Shown: positions 25,621-37,383 of the stretch, piece after piece
Layout: the number at the start of each line of letters is the position of its first letter
Numbering within the stretch: the first letter of the stretch is position 1
Source of the DNA: Ranitomeya imitator
Lineage: Eukaryota
Direction: 5' to 3'
NCBI RefSeq assembly: GCF_032444005.1
Contig: NC_091282.1
Span: 72,354,001-72,418,000, forward strand
DNA length: 64,000 bases
The notes under the pieces: model-generated
Database searches by the model: none
What the model was told of the DNA's origin: nothing
Seen by the model: the letters and a program-made list of their open reading frames with translations, nothing else
Position numbers and translations under genes: made by a program

Positions 25621-26499
25621 TTCCCTTAACTATTTCATGTCCAAAACCCCTCACTGTGAGCAGAGGTCTCCACAACCCCCACCAGGAAAGGTTCACACCC
25701 CCCTCAGGGGAGAAAATAATCATATTAATGATCTGATCCATCATTTGCATTTTTTAAAGTCATTTTCCTTGGTGTTTTTTTTTTTTTTTTTTGTTCGTCT
25801 TGCGGCATTCGATCACATAATGGCGCACGTGGTTTCCGAATTGTGCGCAAAATAAAAAAATGTTTTTTTAATCACGTTTTTAATATTTTTTGTTACATTC
25901 TTAGTGGAATCACCTAAAAAAAAAAAAATATTGCACCAAAATATCTGGGCGAATGTGAAAATCCCTCTAGGGTGAGAGAAATTTTGTTCATTTTTTATAA
26001 TTTAAAAAAAAAAAACGCTGATAAGGAATCAGCCGATAACATCTGGAAAACACAAAAGACCGTAAAAAAAAAAGAAAAAAAAAAAAAGGCATAAATGGAA
26101 AGGTAAATATAGTGCAAGAAAAAAAAAAAGCGCCAAACACTAAAGGGAATGTGCAAAGAATGAGCACATGCGATGTCGTCGCGGCTCGCTGCTCATATTT
26201 TAGTCTTCTCAGCTTTTTTTTTACCTCTTCAGGTCTCTGAATATATGAAGCATCTAAAAGAAGTGACCCGACCTTTCCTCTGGAGACTTCTGCTTGGGAG
26301 CTGCTCAATAGTTTATATCAAAATGTCTAAAAGAAAAAATGAAGGTGGAAAAAAAAAATGATCAAAATGATGCTTAAATGGGAAGTCCGGCCTCGGGCTA
26401 CAAGTCTGCAGTGACTCTGTGATTGGTGAATCCTTATAGCGCACACTACACGCTGTGAGGATTCCCCGGCGGTGGCGGTGCCATTTATGTACTTGTGGC

Positions 26500-26990
26500 C
26501 ACATTCAGACTAGACGTGTCCAGCCTCTCCCTATACACTTGCATCGAGTGTACGTCTAGTCGGCATGTGACTGCATGCAAATCACATTGTGGTCACACAC
26601 CCGCTGCCGGCCCCCGAGAATCCGTACAATGGAGCAATGGAAGGCGGCGGCCCGGCCTCACCAATCACCTTACTTCTTATGATGAGGTCGATCTGGTGTG
26701 TCCGTCACTTATCGGGGGAGGAGATGGCACCAGGAGGCTCTATAGGAAGAAGACCGGCTCAGATGTCCTGCTGGGAACCTTGTGTCCTGGCATCATGAGC
26801 ATATGACCTATACCACCCACCTAACCATTACATGGACCAAGTCCCCCTCTTCATGGCAGCGCCAACTTTCAGCAGGATAATGCCTCGGTCACAGGACTTG
26901 TTCAGGAACAGTTTGAGGAACATGAGATCACGGGGACGACTCGTCTCCAAACCCTGAGCTTCCACCCAGTCTGATCCATGGAGGAGGCAC
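26500..26990 (+). mobile_element. Degraded Tc1 transposase fragment
   Basis: Remnants RHLSGEEMAPGGSIGRRPA and FQQDNA...VQEQFEEH resemble a Tc1 catalytic region. Confidence 0.6.
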
Positions 26991-27267
26991 CGTCAAGGCC
27001 AGCAAGGCTTAACCCCCTTTTCACCAACGCCAATTTTCATTCTTACGCTTTTGTTTCTTCCTTTTCTTCTCGGAGTCATAACTTTACAGTGGGGATAATA
27101 AGTATTTGATAACTTGCAAAATCTGCAGTGTTTCCCACCTACAAAGAATAGATGTCTGTAATGTTTATCGTAGGTACACTTCACCTGTGAGACAGAATCT
27201 AAGAATAAAAACCAGAAAATCACATTGTATGATTATTACATGATTAAACTGCATTTTATTGCATTAA

Positions 27268-27906
27268 AGGAAACCTGTCACCCCGAAAATCGCGGGTGAG
27301 GTAAGCCCACCGGCATCAGGGGCTTATCTACAGCATTCTGTAATGCTGTAGATAAGCCCCCGATGTTACCTGAATGAGGAGAAAAAGACGTTATATTATA
27401 CTCACCCAGGGGCGGTCCCGCTGTTGGTCAGGTTGGATGGGTGTCTCTGGTCCGCTGCGGCGCCTCCCATCTTCATTACAAGACGTCCTCTTCTGATCTT
27501 CAGCCACGGCTCCGGCGCAGGCGTACTTTGCTCTGCCCTCTTGAGGACAGAGGATAGTACTGCAGTGCGCAGGCGCCGGAAAGGTCAGAGGCCCGGCGCC
27601 TGCGCACTGCAGTACTTTGTCTGCCCTCAACAGGGCAGAGCAAAGTACGCCTGCGCCGGAGCCGTGGCTGAAGATCAGAAGAGGACGTCTTGTAATGAAG
27701 ATGGGAGGCGCCGCAGCGGACCAGAGACGCCCATCCGACCTGACCAACAGCGGGACCGCCCCTGGGTGAGTATAATCTAACGTCTTTTTCTCCTCTTCTT
27801 TCAGGTAACATCGGGGGCTTATCTACAGCATTACAGAATGCTGCAGATAAGCCCCTGATGCCGGTGGGCTTACCTCACCCGCGATTTTCGGGGTGACAGG
27901 TTCCCT
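27268..27906. mobile_element. T2-type palindromic MITE (same family as 16656-17272)
   Basis: TTAA|AGGAAACCTGTCA...TGACAGGTTCCCT|TTAA, near-perfect palindrome. Confidence 0.92.
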
Positions 27907-28678
27907 TTAAATAAGTATTTGATCACCAACCAGCAAGAATTCTTATTCTCACAGACCTGCGCAGTATGCTTTGCCCAACTGCGGGCAAAGCCGAAAAGCA
28001 TTAGTGCTCATGCGCCGGCGCACTATATCCCAGAAGTATTTAGCTGTGTTCCGGTACATAGTGCGCTGGCGCATGCGCACTAATGCTTTTCGGCTTTGCC
28101 CGCAGTTGGGCAAAGCATACTGCGCGTGCACAAGGCAAGAATGCATTGCGCACGCATGTACTATGGAGGAAACCTAATCAAATTCAAGACAATATTGTGG
28201 CCAGCGGGAAAGGAAGGGGTGCATGAAAGAAAACACCGCCCATCGGACCGTAAACAGAGCCCGCCAAATTCAGGTGACAGGTTCCCTTTAAGAAGCTCTC
28301 CTACTCTGCACACATTACCTGTATTAGTTGTACCTGTTACCTGTATAAAAGACACCTGTCCACACACTCAATCACATCTAAACCTCTCCCCCATGGCCAA
28401 GACCAAAGAGCTGTCTAAGGACACCAGGAACAAAATTGTAGACCTGCACAAGGCTGGGATGGGCTACAGGACAGTAGGCCAGCAGCTTGGACAGAAGGCA
28501 GCAACTGTTGGCACAATTATTAGAAAGTGGAAGAAACACAAGATGATTGTCAATCTTCCTCGGTCTGGGGCTCCATGCTAGCTCTCACCTCGTGGGGTAA
28601 GGATGATTCCGAGAAAGGTCAAGAATCAGCCCAGAACTACACGGGTGGACCTGGTCAGTGACCTGAAGAGAGTTATTA

Positions 28679-28957
28679 CTAGAGTTGAATGAATTTGGGT
28701 TCCTGCTTATTCGGCAAGCTATAGCGCTTACTGAATAAGCTGCAGGGGGAACCCAGATACATGGAGCCAACACACACGGGCTCTTCATACATGTGCTGTG
28801 GCTGTGACTGTGACACAGCCGCGACACATGCAGCTGCAGCGCCGATCAGCCGGCGCGCTCCATGTATCCAGGTTCCCCCTGCAGCTTATTCGTTAAGCGC
28901 TATAGCTTGCCAAATAAGCAAATAAGCAGGGACCCATACAAATTCACTCAACTATAG
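28679..28957. mobile_element. Palindromic MITE inserted in the Tc1 transposase
   Basis: ctagagttga...tcaactatag termini and inverted arms gcaagctatagcgctta / taagcgctatagcttgc. Confidence 0.7.
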
Positions 28958-31185
28958 TCAGGGCCACAGTCTCAAACATTACCATCAGTAACACAGTATG
29001 CCATCATGGATTAAATCCTGCAGGGCATATAAGGTCCCCCTGCTCACTCCAGCACATGTCCAGACCCATTTGAAGTTCGGCAATGACCATCTGAATGATC
29101 CAGAGGAGGCATGGGAGAAGGGCATGTGGTCAGATGAGACCAAGATAGAACTTTTTGATATCAACTCCACTTGCCATGTTTGGAAGAAGAAGAGGGACAA
29201 GTACAAACCCAAGAACACCGTTCCAACTGTGAAGCATGGTGGGGAAACATTATACTTTGGGTGTGGCTTTCCTGTAAAGAGGACAGGAGGAATGCATTGT
29301 ATTAAAGGGAGGATGGATGGGGTCATGTATTGCGAGATTTTGGCCAACAACCTCCTTCCCTCAGTAAGAACATTAAAGATGGGTCATGGTTGGGTCTTCC
29401 AGAATGACAATGACCTGAAACACACAGCCAGGGCAACTAAGGAGCGGCTCCGTAAGAAGCATTTCAAGGTCCTGGAGTGGTCTAGCCAGTCTCCAGACCT
29501 GACCCCAATAGAAAATCTTTGGAGGGAGCTGAAACTCAATGTTGGCCAGCAACTGCACCGAAACCTGAAAGATCTGGAGATGATCTGTATGGAGGAGTGG
29601 GCCAAAAATCCCTGCAGCACTGTGTGCAAACTTGGTCAAGAACTACAGGAAATGTCTGACCTCTGTAATTGCAAACAAAGGTTTCTGTACCAAATATTAA
29701 GTTCAGATTTGATCAGATGTGGAGAAGAGGAAGAATAAAACAGTCTGTGAAAATCGCATCTCACTCGGATGTCTTCTCAGTGAGGTGCGACATTTTCATG
29801 GACTTGAATGGCCGAGTGCGATCCAATTTATGGAGGCAAATTGTGCATGTGGCAACATGTTTTGCCTCAGAACACCTGGACGGCGCCATAGTGTAACATT
29901 GATCTGAGTGCAATCAGTGTCGGATCGCACTCAGAATGGAAATATGGTTGTGTGTACGAGCCCATACTGTGCGGCACCATAGCTGTAAACATGGTCACCT
30001 GGTTAGGGACCCCCACACTAAGCCCAACCCCTAGCTACGTCTCTGCTCGACCTTAGTATTTTTTCATCATTTTTTTTAAATAAATTAGAACATGTACGAT
30101 ACCTGCCTACATACAGATCTGCCATGTGGCATGGGGCTAATGTTGGGTGGTCCTTCTATGTGGACATATAAAGAGATCTGGCTGGCACTAGCAAAGAAAA
30201 CAATTGGCACCACAACCACAAAACACAAAGTAAAAAAAAAAAGTTTATGCTTTATTAACTTCTTTGACAAACAGGATTAAAACAGATTTCACAGTATGAG
30301 AATTGCATTGGCAGCAGGAGAGGAGACAGCTCGTACGACAAATAGTACATCATCAGTGACTGCAGCGGTAATATCCACAGCACACACATCAGGATGGTGC
30401 AGGAGGCAAAAAAGGCAGAAAGTGTGAAGCTAAATAATGCAGACTGGGGGGAAATACATACCCAGATGTTCTCTGCTGTGATGGCAATTGCTCTCGTGCT
30501 TTTTGTTCACCTTGGGGTGTCGCCATCTCGGCAGGAAAGCGCTGCTATGCCCTATACTGCCGCATGTGTGCCCGCTAATAAGACCAGCACACCTGGGTGC
30601 CCGTGCGATGCCGCGCCCGACGCCAAGCACATGACCTGTGTCAATGCAGCCCTACAGTCAGAGGCCCAGTAGGAGTGCGACGCTCAGGACCGCGCATGTG
30701 CACCATGCCCGACTACACCATTCATTCCACCATAATCCACTTTTTTTAAGGTTTTCATTTTGACCTGGCAACACAATTCTCCAGATCACTACAATTACAA
30801 TATTTTTTAATATATATTAAAACACACTATAATGAGTTAAAAGAAATGGAGAACTTTGCAAAAAAAATAAAAAATGTATAACTACGGTATGTCTCGATGA
30901 TGGAGCTGTGTCACAGCTTGTTTTTTGTCGATTTTTATACCATTTTGGGGTGCATACGATGTTTTGAGAATTTTTTTTTCTCCGGTTTTTAGAGGGGAAA
31001 AAAAACAGCAATTCTGAAGCTTCACCTTTTTTTCCGTCCCGATGTTCACCTTATGGAATAAGTTATTTTATATGAGTGCGCGTGTTAACGCTCCACGTTT
31101 TGCTACTTACATTTCTACAAAAATGACAATGATTTAAGCATATATATTATTTTACATTTTTTGCCACTTTTCATCAGACCACTTA

Positions 31186-31583
31186 GGCTACTTTCACACT
31201 TCCGTCTTTTTAGATCCGTCACAAATGATCCTGCAAATGTGCCCGCAGGATGCGTTTTTTCCCCATAGACTTGTATTAGCGACTGATCGCGACATATGGC
31301 CACACGTCGCGTCTGTCGTGCACTGGATGCGTCGGTATTTGGCGGACCGTCGTAGCGAAAAAACGTTCAAGGGAACGTTTTTTCGAAGTTGTGTCCTGCA
31401 TTTTAAACTGCGCATGCGCAGCTGGAACTCCGCCCCCTCCTCCCTTGGAGTTTACTATGGGCAGCAGATGCGTTGAAACACTGCGTCCGCTGCCCACGTT
31501 GTGCAGAAAATCACCAATGTCCGTTGGTACGTTGCGCCGACGCTTTGTGACGACCCCGTACTGACGGAAGTGTGAAAGAAGCC
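31186..31583. mobile_element. PIF/Harbinger-like MITE
   Basis: TTA|ggctactttcacacttccgtc ... gacggaagtgtgaaagaagcc|TTA: a 3-bp TSD with TIRs. Confidence 0.85.
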
Positions 31584-31820
31584 TTAGGGCACTTGCCTAT
31601 GATAGGCTGCAGCGCTTACGTACTGCTCCATTTAAAAGGAACCTGACGGGGGCGTGTCCTAGCTGGCCATGTGAGCAGACGCAGGGAAGAGCGCTCCCGC
31701 TGCCAGAAGGACAAAAAATCCTGTTTTAACCCCGACTTGCGGGGATACTTACAATCCTCCGGCTGGCTGAAGGTCCGGAGAGGGCAGCGGTGAGGAACGG
31801 CGTGTCCGGAGTCGGCGGCG

Positions 31821-32870
31821 ATGACCAGGAGGCGGCAAAAAGACGCTGGCACCGGCGATGCAGGAGCCGATGTAAGGGAGGACGCCGAGAAGGAGAAAGC
31901 CGCATGTCAGCGGCGAATGGAGGTGGCCGCAAAGCTGCAGCAGTATGCCAGAGTGGAGGCTGCTGAGGAGGCAGAGGCAGGATCCGGAGCTGGAGCTGAT
32001 CAGGAGATGGTGGGAGCAAGCGCAGCCGAGCAGCATGAGGTACAGAGGGGGAAGGAGAGAGGCAGCATGGCTGGGGCTAGTGGGGGACCTGGAGGCATAC
32101 CGCAGGGAGAGGAGCCGACCCTTAGGGATGTAATCACCCTGATCTCCTCGTGTCAGCAATCCCTGAATTCCCTAGCCCAGCAGATGCAGGAAGTTAAAGG
32201 GGACACGGCACAGATTAATGCAGCTCTGCAGAAAATGGACAAACGTATAGGAGTGGTGGAGGAGAGGGTGAGCACGGCAGAAGATCACATAGTTAAGCTA
32301 CAAAAAGCTGAGAAGAAGTTCGCCCAAGCAATAGCCGAGCTCGCTGCCAAAAATGAGGATCTGGAAAATAGATCCAGAAGAAATAATATACGTATAGTGG
32401 GGCTGCCTGAAAAGACTGAGGGGAGAAATCCCACTGAGTTTGTTGAAAACTGGCTGCTGGAGAAGATTGGGAGCACAGTGCTGACAAAAGTCTTTGCTGT
32501 TGAACGTGCTCATAGGGTCCCGCCGCAGCCCCCTGCCCCAGGAGCGAATCCCCGTACCATGCTTGCTAAAATACTGAACTACAGGGACAGAGACATTATT
32601 CTCAGGAAGGCTAGAGAGATGGAGGATCTGACGGATGGAGGTCAGAAAATTGCCATTTATCCGGATTATTCCGCTGCAGTTCAGAAGCAGCGGATGAAGT
32701 TTACTGGAGTCAAGCGGCGACTGAGGGAGCTGGGAGTGCAGTACTCAGTGATGTTTCCTGCCAAGCTGAGACTGGTGGCTTTTAATAAGACACATTTCTT
32801 CCTGACACCGGAGGACGCTACCCAGTGGCTTGACACCAGTGAGAAAAAGTTGAAAGGAGTGGGAGACTGA
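31821..32870 (+). CDS. L1 ORF1p (coiled coil + RRM + CTD), intact, 349 aa
   Basis: DLENRSRRNNIRIVGLPE, ERAHRV, PRTMLAKILNYRDRDIILRKAR and IYPDYS...FPAKLR motifs of L1 ORF1p. Confidence 0.9.
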   Translation: MTRRRQKDAGTGDAGADVREDAEKEKAACQRRMEVAAKLQQYARVEAAEEAEAGSGAGADQEMVGASAAEQHEVQRGKERGSMAGASGGPGGIPQGEEPTLRDVITLISSCQQSLNSLAQQMQEVKGDTAQINAALQKMDKRIGVVEERVSTAEDHIVKLQKAEKKFAQAIAELAAKNEDLENRSRRNNIRIVGLPEKTEGRNPTEFVENWLLEKIGSTVLTKVFAVERAHRVPPQPPAPGANPRTMLAKILNYRDRDIILRKAREMEDLTDGGQKIAIYPDYSAAVQKQRMKFTGVKRRLRELGVQYSVMFPAKLRLVAFNKTHFFLTPEDATQWLDTSEKKLKGVGD

Positions 32871-33311
32871 CATGTCGACGAGATCTAGCTGGAAATTGGT
32901 TTCTCTGTTGCTGGCGGAGAGTTTTGCGCTTGTTAGCGTCGGTTAAAAAAGTTGAGCAACTGCTGAGGGTTCTGCTAGGCCATGTTGAGGACTGGCCGGA
33001 GGGGACAGTACTGTCTACTAAATGTGGGGGAGGAGGGCTATGGAGGGTACTGTAAATTGGTTTACTATTTTTCTTATATGTCATAGAAGTGCAATGTTAA
33101 GTTATAATAAAGTTAAAGTTAGGGGAAATTATGTTTAGTGTGGCAGTGGGACGCGAATGGAGAGGGTTAAGTGAGGGAGAGTGTTCGCAGTGGAGCCCCA
33201 CTCTTGCTGAGAGGAAGAATGCGTTACACTGGGGGGGTTAGGGGGGTAAGTTGGGAGGGGGCAGGGGGGGTGGGAGGGGTGGGGCAGCTCATACTTGGGA
33301 AATTGGATACT

Positions 33312-36300
33312 ATGAGAAATGATGAGCCACAGGGGGGGGGAGATTGTATTAAAATATTGAGTTGGAATGTGAGAGGTCTGGCGGATAAAACACGGCGAGC
33401 GGCAAGTCTACAGTATGTCCGAGAACAGAAGGTCTCAATGATATGTCTGCTGGAAACACATTTAGTGCGGGAGAGGGTGAACGTATTGAATAGGCGCTGG
33501 ATACAGAGGGCGTATCACTCTACTTTCTCGACGTACTCTAGGGGGGTGTCTGTGTTGATTCCTACTGGGGTGCAGTATGAGGAGGTAGCGGTAAAGGAAG
33601 ATGTGGATGGTCAGTATGTGGTGGTGAAATGTAAAATGAATGGAGTATTGATGTGTATAGTGGCAATGTATATTCCGCCCCCATACTCAAGCAAGAAGAT
33701 AAGAGAGGTGCTGGAGAGGGTAGAGCGCTGGGGACCGTTACTATTACTAATTATCGGCGACCTTAATAATATATGTGATGACTTTGGGATAAGAACAAAA
33801 ACCCCCAGAATAGGACGGCGGGACATATCACTACGTTTGGGACTTATGTCGGGGAAGTGGGCATGGTTGATTTATGGAGAGTTAGGCATGTCGGGGAAAG
33901 GGCGTATTCATGCTACTCACCAGCTCATGGTACGCTGTCTAGGATTGATCTGGCACTGGGTAACCGATTACTAGATACGATGGTAGGGGAGGTGAGATAT
34001 TTGCCTAGGGCTCTCTCAGACCATAGTCCAGTTGAAGTGGAATTTCGACCAGTGGGGACACGGAACGGGAGCAGAAGGGAGTGGAAAATTCACCCTAATT
34101 GGCTACACAGCATAGACTTGGAGAAGATTAAGAAGGAATTGGTGGAATATTTTGAGATAAATGAGGGAAGTGTAGACGTGCTTACTGTGTGGGAAGCCAT
34201 GAAGGCGTACTTGAGAGGGCTGTTTAGGGATATTAGCAGGTGTAAGCGGAAATCGAGAGAGGCAGAGAGGCTGGCGATAGATGGGCTGAGGGTGGCTGAA
34301 GATGAGATGGTAATAATGGGTACTCTGGAGGCTGGGAGGAGGTTAAAAGCGGCTCAAAACCAGCTAGAGGCGGTCTTGCTGAGTAAGGCTGAAAGGAAGA
34401 GGGAATTCATGAATCTGGCCTATTATCAGGAGGGTGAATCAGTGGGTCATTTGATGTCGCTGGTGGCATCTGCCCAGAGAAATACTTCCTTTGTTCACTC
34501 TCTGGTGACTGGGAGTGGTGTTACTGTTTCGGAGACTTCAGAGATTTTGGAGACTTTTGCAGATTTTTACGCAGACTTATACTCCTCTCGGGTAGATGGG
34601 TCAATGGAGGACACGGTGGCGTTCCTTGAGGAGTTGGAGCTCCCGAGGCTGAGTGACAGGGATAGGGAGGATTTGGAGGCTCCCATTACGGAGGAGGAAC
34701 TGGGACGGGCATTGCAGTCGATGGCTAATGGGAAGGCGCCTGGCGTAGACGGATTTCCTGCCGAAATTTATAAAAACTTGGGGGAAGTGTTGATCCCTAA
34801 ATTGAAGGTGGTCTTGGAGGAGGCTAGGAATGGCGGAAGGCTGCCGGCATCTATGAGGGAGGCCACAATAGTGGTAATTCCAAAGGAGGGGAAGGACCTG
34901 ACACAGCCGGACTCATACCGACCAATTTCTTTACTTACTATCGACGTTAAACTCCTGGCTAAGGTGTTGGCGATGAGGTTGACAAGTGTTATTTCTGGCC
35001 TGATACACTCAGATCAATCTGATAGGTCAACTGCGATCAACTTGCGAAGGCTGTATGTGAACTTGCAACTCAGAGCTGATAACTGTGGCCAGAGAGTTAT
35101 TGCATCTTTAGACGCTCACAAGGCGTTCGATAGTGTGGAGTGGGGATATCTCTGGCAGGTGTTGCGAAGAATGGGGTTTGGACCGCAGTTCATATCATGG
35201 ATTCAATTAATGTACTCGATGCCGATGGCCAGGGTTAGGGTAAACGGGGAGTTGTCACGGACCATACAATTGGCTAGAGGGACGAGGCAGGGATGTCCGC
35301 TCTCCCCCCTTTTGTTTGCTCTAGCAGTGGAACCGCTGGCCGCTACGCTTCGACGATCTGATGAGATGACGGGATTTAAATATGGGGTGATTGAAGAAAG
35401 GGTGGCGTTGTATGCGGATGATATTTTGTTGTTTCTGGCTGATCCAGTTGCATCCTTGGAGGGAGCCATTGGGATTATTGAACGATTTGGATCAGTGTCT
35501 GGGCTTAGGATAAATTGGAGTAAGTCTATCTTGTTTAAGGTGGCTGGAGGTGACGAGTAAATTTAAGTACCTGGGAATATGGGTATCTATGCCGGTAACT
35601 GATTATATACATGAGAATCTGACTCCAATCTTGGGTGCCCTCAAGGCAAAAGCGGATGCTTGGCTTAAGCTGCATTTGTCTGTGGTAGGTAGGGTGAATC
35701 TTATCAAAATGATTCTGATGCCGAAAATACTGTATATTCTTCACAATGCGCCGGTTTGGATACCACGTGGGAAATTTAGACAGATCAACTCTCTGTTTAG
35801 GAATTTGATTTGGGGGAGGCAGCATCCGCGTATCAAACTGGAGACACTTCAGCGACCCAAGGATGATGGGGGTCTGGCATTGCCTAACCCTGAGTTGTAC
35901 TTTCTTGCAGCCCAGAGTCAGCATCTAAGGGGCTGGGCGCATGAAGGGTCATCTGGAGCGGTACAGCGGTTGATGGAGGTGGTGACAAAAAGAAGGCCAG
36001 TGGTACAATGTTTGGAGGATGGATCCTTGGAGAGTTTGGGGAAGCTATATCTGACTTTGCTGTTGATACGCAAGCTGTGGAGTAGATTGAGGCACATACG
36101 TGGGATCACGGACTTGACTAGATACTCGCCGATATGGCATAATAACAATCTGAAAGAATTTGAGGCATTAGGGGTACTGATAGAGTGGTTGGGCAAAGGG
36201 ATTCAGTATGGGTACCAAATAATTGAACAAGGTGAACTGAAATCATTTCCCAATTGCAGGCGGAATTTGGCCTTGGGACTGCAGGGGAGTATCAATATTT

Positions 36301-37027
36301 GCGGATGAGGCATGCCTTTGGAGCTCAGAGTAGGAACGGAGGTATTAGGATTCAAAGGGATATAGTACTGGAGTATGTGTGTAATGACGGGACGACTGGA
36401 GGGGTCATATCCACGCTGTACAGGGATCTGTTGCGCACTTTCCTATTGGGGTTTCCAATAATGGCGAGAGCTAAATGGGAAAGGGATTTGGGCCCAATAG
36501 ATAACGAGACTTGGGAGTCGGTGTTGGAATGGATCCCAAGACTGTCGCTGAGTGAACCGTATAGACTGTCACAGCTCTATGTGATACACAGAGTTTACAG
36601 GTCTCCGATGGTGCTATATAAGGCAGGATTGCGTAATGACTCTGAATGTCCGAGGTGTAAGTCTACGGATGCAGACATTTTCCATATGATGTGGACATGT
36701 CCGAGGTTGGCTGCCTTCTGGGTGGTAGTTTTGAGTCGTATGGAAGGTGCGTATGGATGCACGGTGCCAAGGGATCCAGTTGTCTGTTTGTTGGGATGCG
36801 TGGATGAGATTGGAGTGGATAAACACCTAAAGATAGCTATAGCCAGATTGTTATACATGGCTAGGAAGGTGATAGCTAGAAACTGGATTAGGGAAGAGCC
36901 GCCGTCAAGAGGAGAGTTCCTCCAGTATGTGAAACAGGGCCTGACACTAGAAAAAGGGATTTATAAGAAGAAAGGGAAAACTGAAACGTTCAATAAAATG
37001 TGGTCTCCATGGATTGCTATGGGATAG
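33312..37027 (+). pseudogene. L1 ORF2 (APE endonuclease, reverse transcriptase, zinc finger), frameshifted
   Basis: SWNVRG, LLETH, IGDLN, SRID, SDH; YRPISLL, QGCPLSP, YADD; CPRC...HMMWTC. Split over 4 ORFs (shifts near 33790, 35550 and 36250) plus small deletions. Confidence 0.92.
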
Positions 37028-37268
37028 TAATGTGAAGTGTGGCTTATACGAATGGTTGAGGGATTAGATATTCTATCGTTTTAATGATGGTAGTAATTAA
37101 CAAGATGAGCTGCCTTGTGGGGTGGGGGCGGGGGGCTTTGGGATCTAAGGGGGTTGTTTGAAGGGGGAGGGGGGGAGGAAATACTCTATATTGAAAATGT
37201 AAATGAAACATGTTAATTGCCTTGTTATTCTTAATAAAAATTTATTTGAGTTAAAAAAAAAAAAAAAA

Positions 37269-37383
37269 GGAACCTGACGGCTGTGAATCTTGCTGCCCGA
37301 GCCCCCGAGCAGCATGCCGGCTGTATGACAAACATATGCTGCCCATGGATCGGGCACAGCATGGATCAGTTGTTATGTTTCCT
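37269..37383. mobile_element. Short T2-type MITE whose left terminus was the L1 target site
   Basis: The pre-insertion sequence ttaaaaggaacctgacggctg...cagttgttatgtttcc-ttaa is an imperfect palindrome with TTAA ends. Confidence 0.6.

Larger units (their letters stand above)
27087..29715 (+). mobile_element. Tc1 element, 3'-truncated and interrupted by three MITE insertions
   Basis: TA|cagtggggataataagtatttgat start. Transposase [16 protein letters not shown] at 28392, then WSDETK, FQNDND and [11 protein letters not shown] in ORF 28998-29738. Insertions at 27268-27906, ~27950-28290 and 28679-28957. Confidence 0.85.
31650..37268 (+). mobile_element. Full-length L1-clade LINE (~5.6 kb)
   Basis: G-rich 5' start, ORF1, ORF2 (EN-RT-zinc finger), AATAAA at 37233, a poly(A) tail and TSD aaaaggaacctgac(gg) at 31634-49 and 37265-80. 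Confidence 0.95.

Noticed and set aside
33171-33311. Upstream start for L1 ORF2
   Set aside because: A G-rich inter-ORF spacer. The ATG at 33312, just before the endonuclease motif, is the more plausible start.
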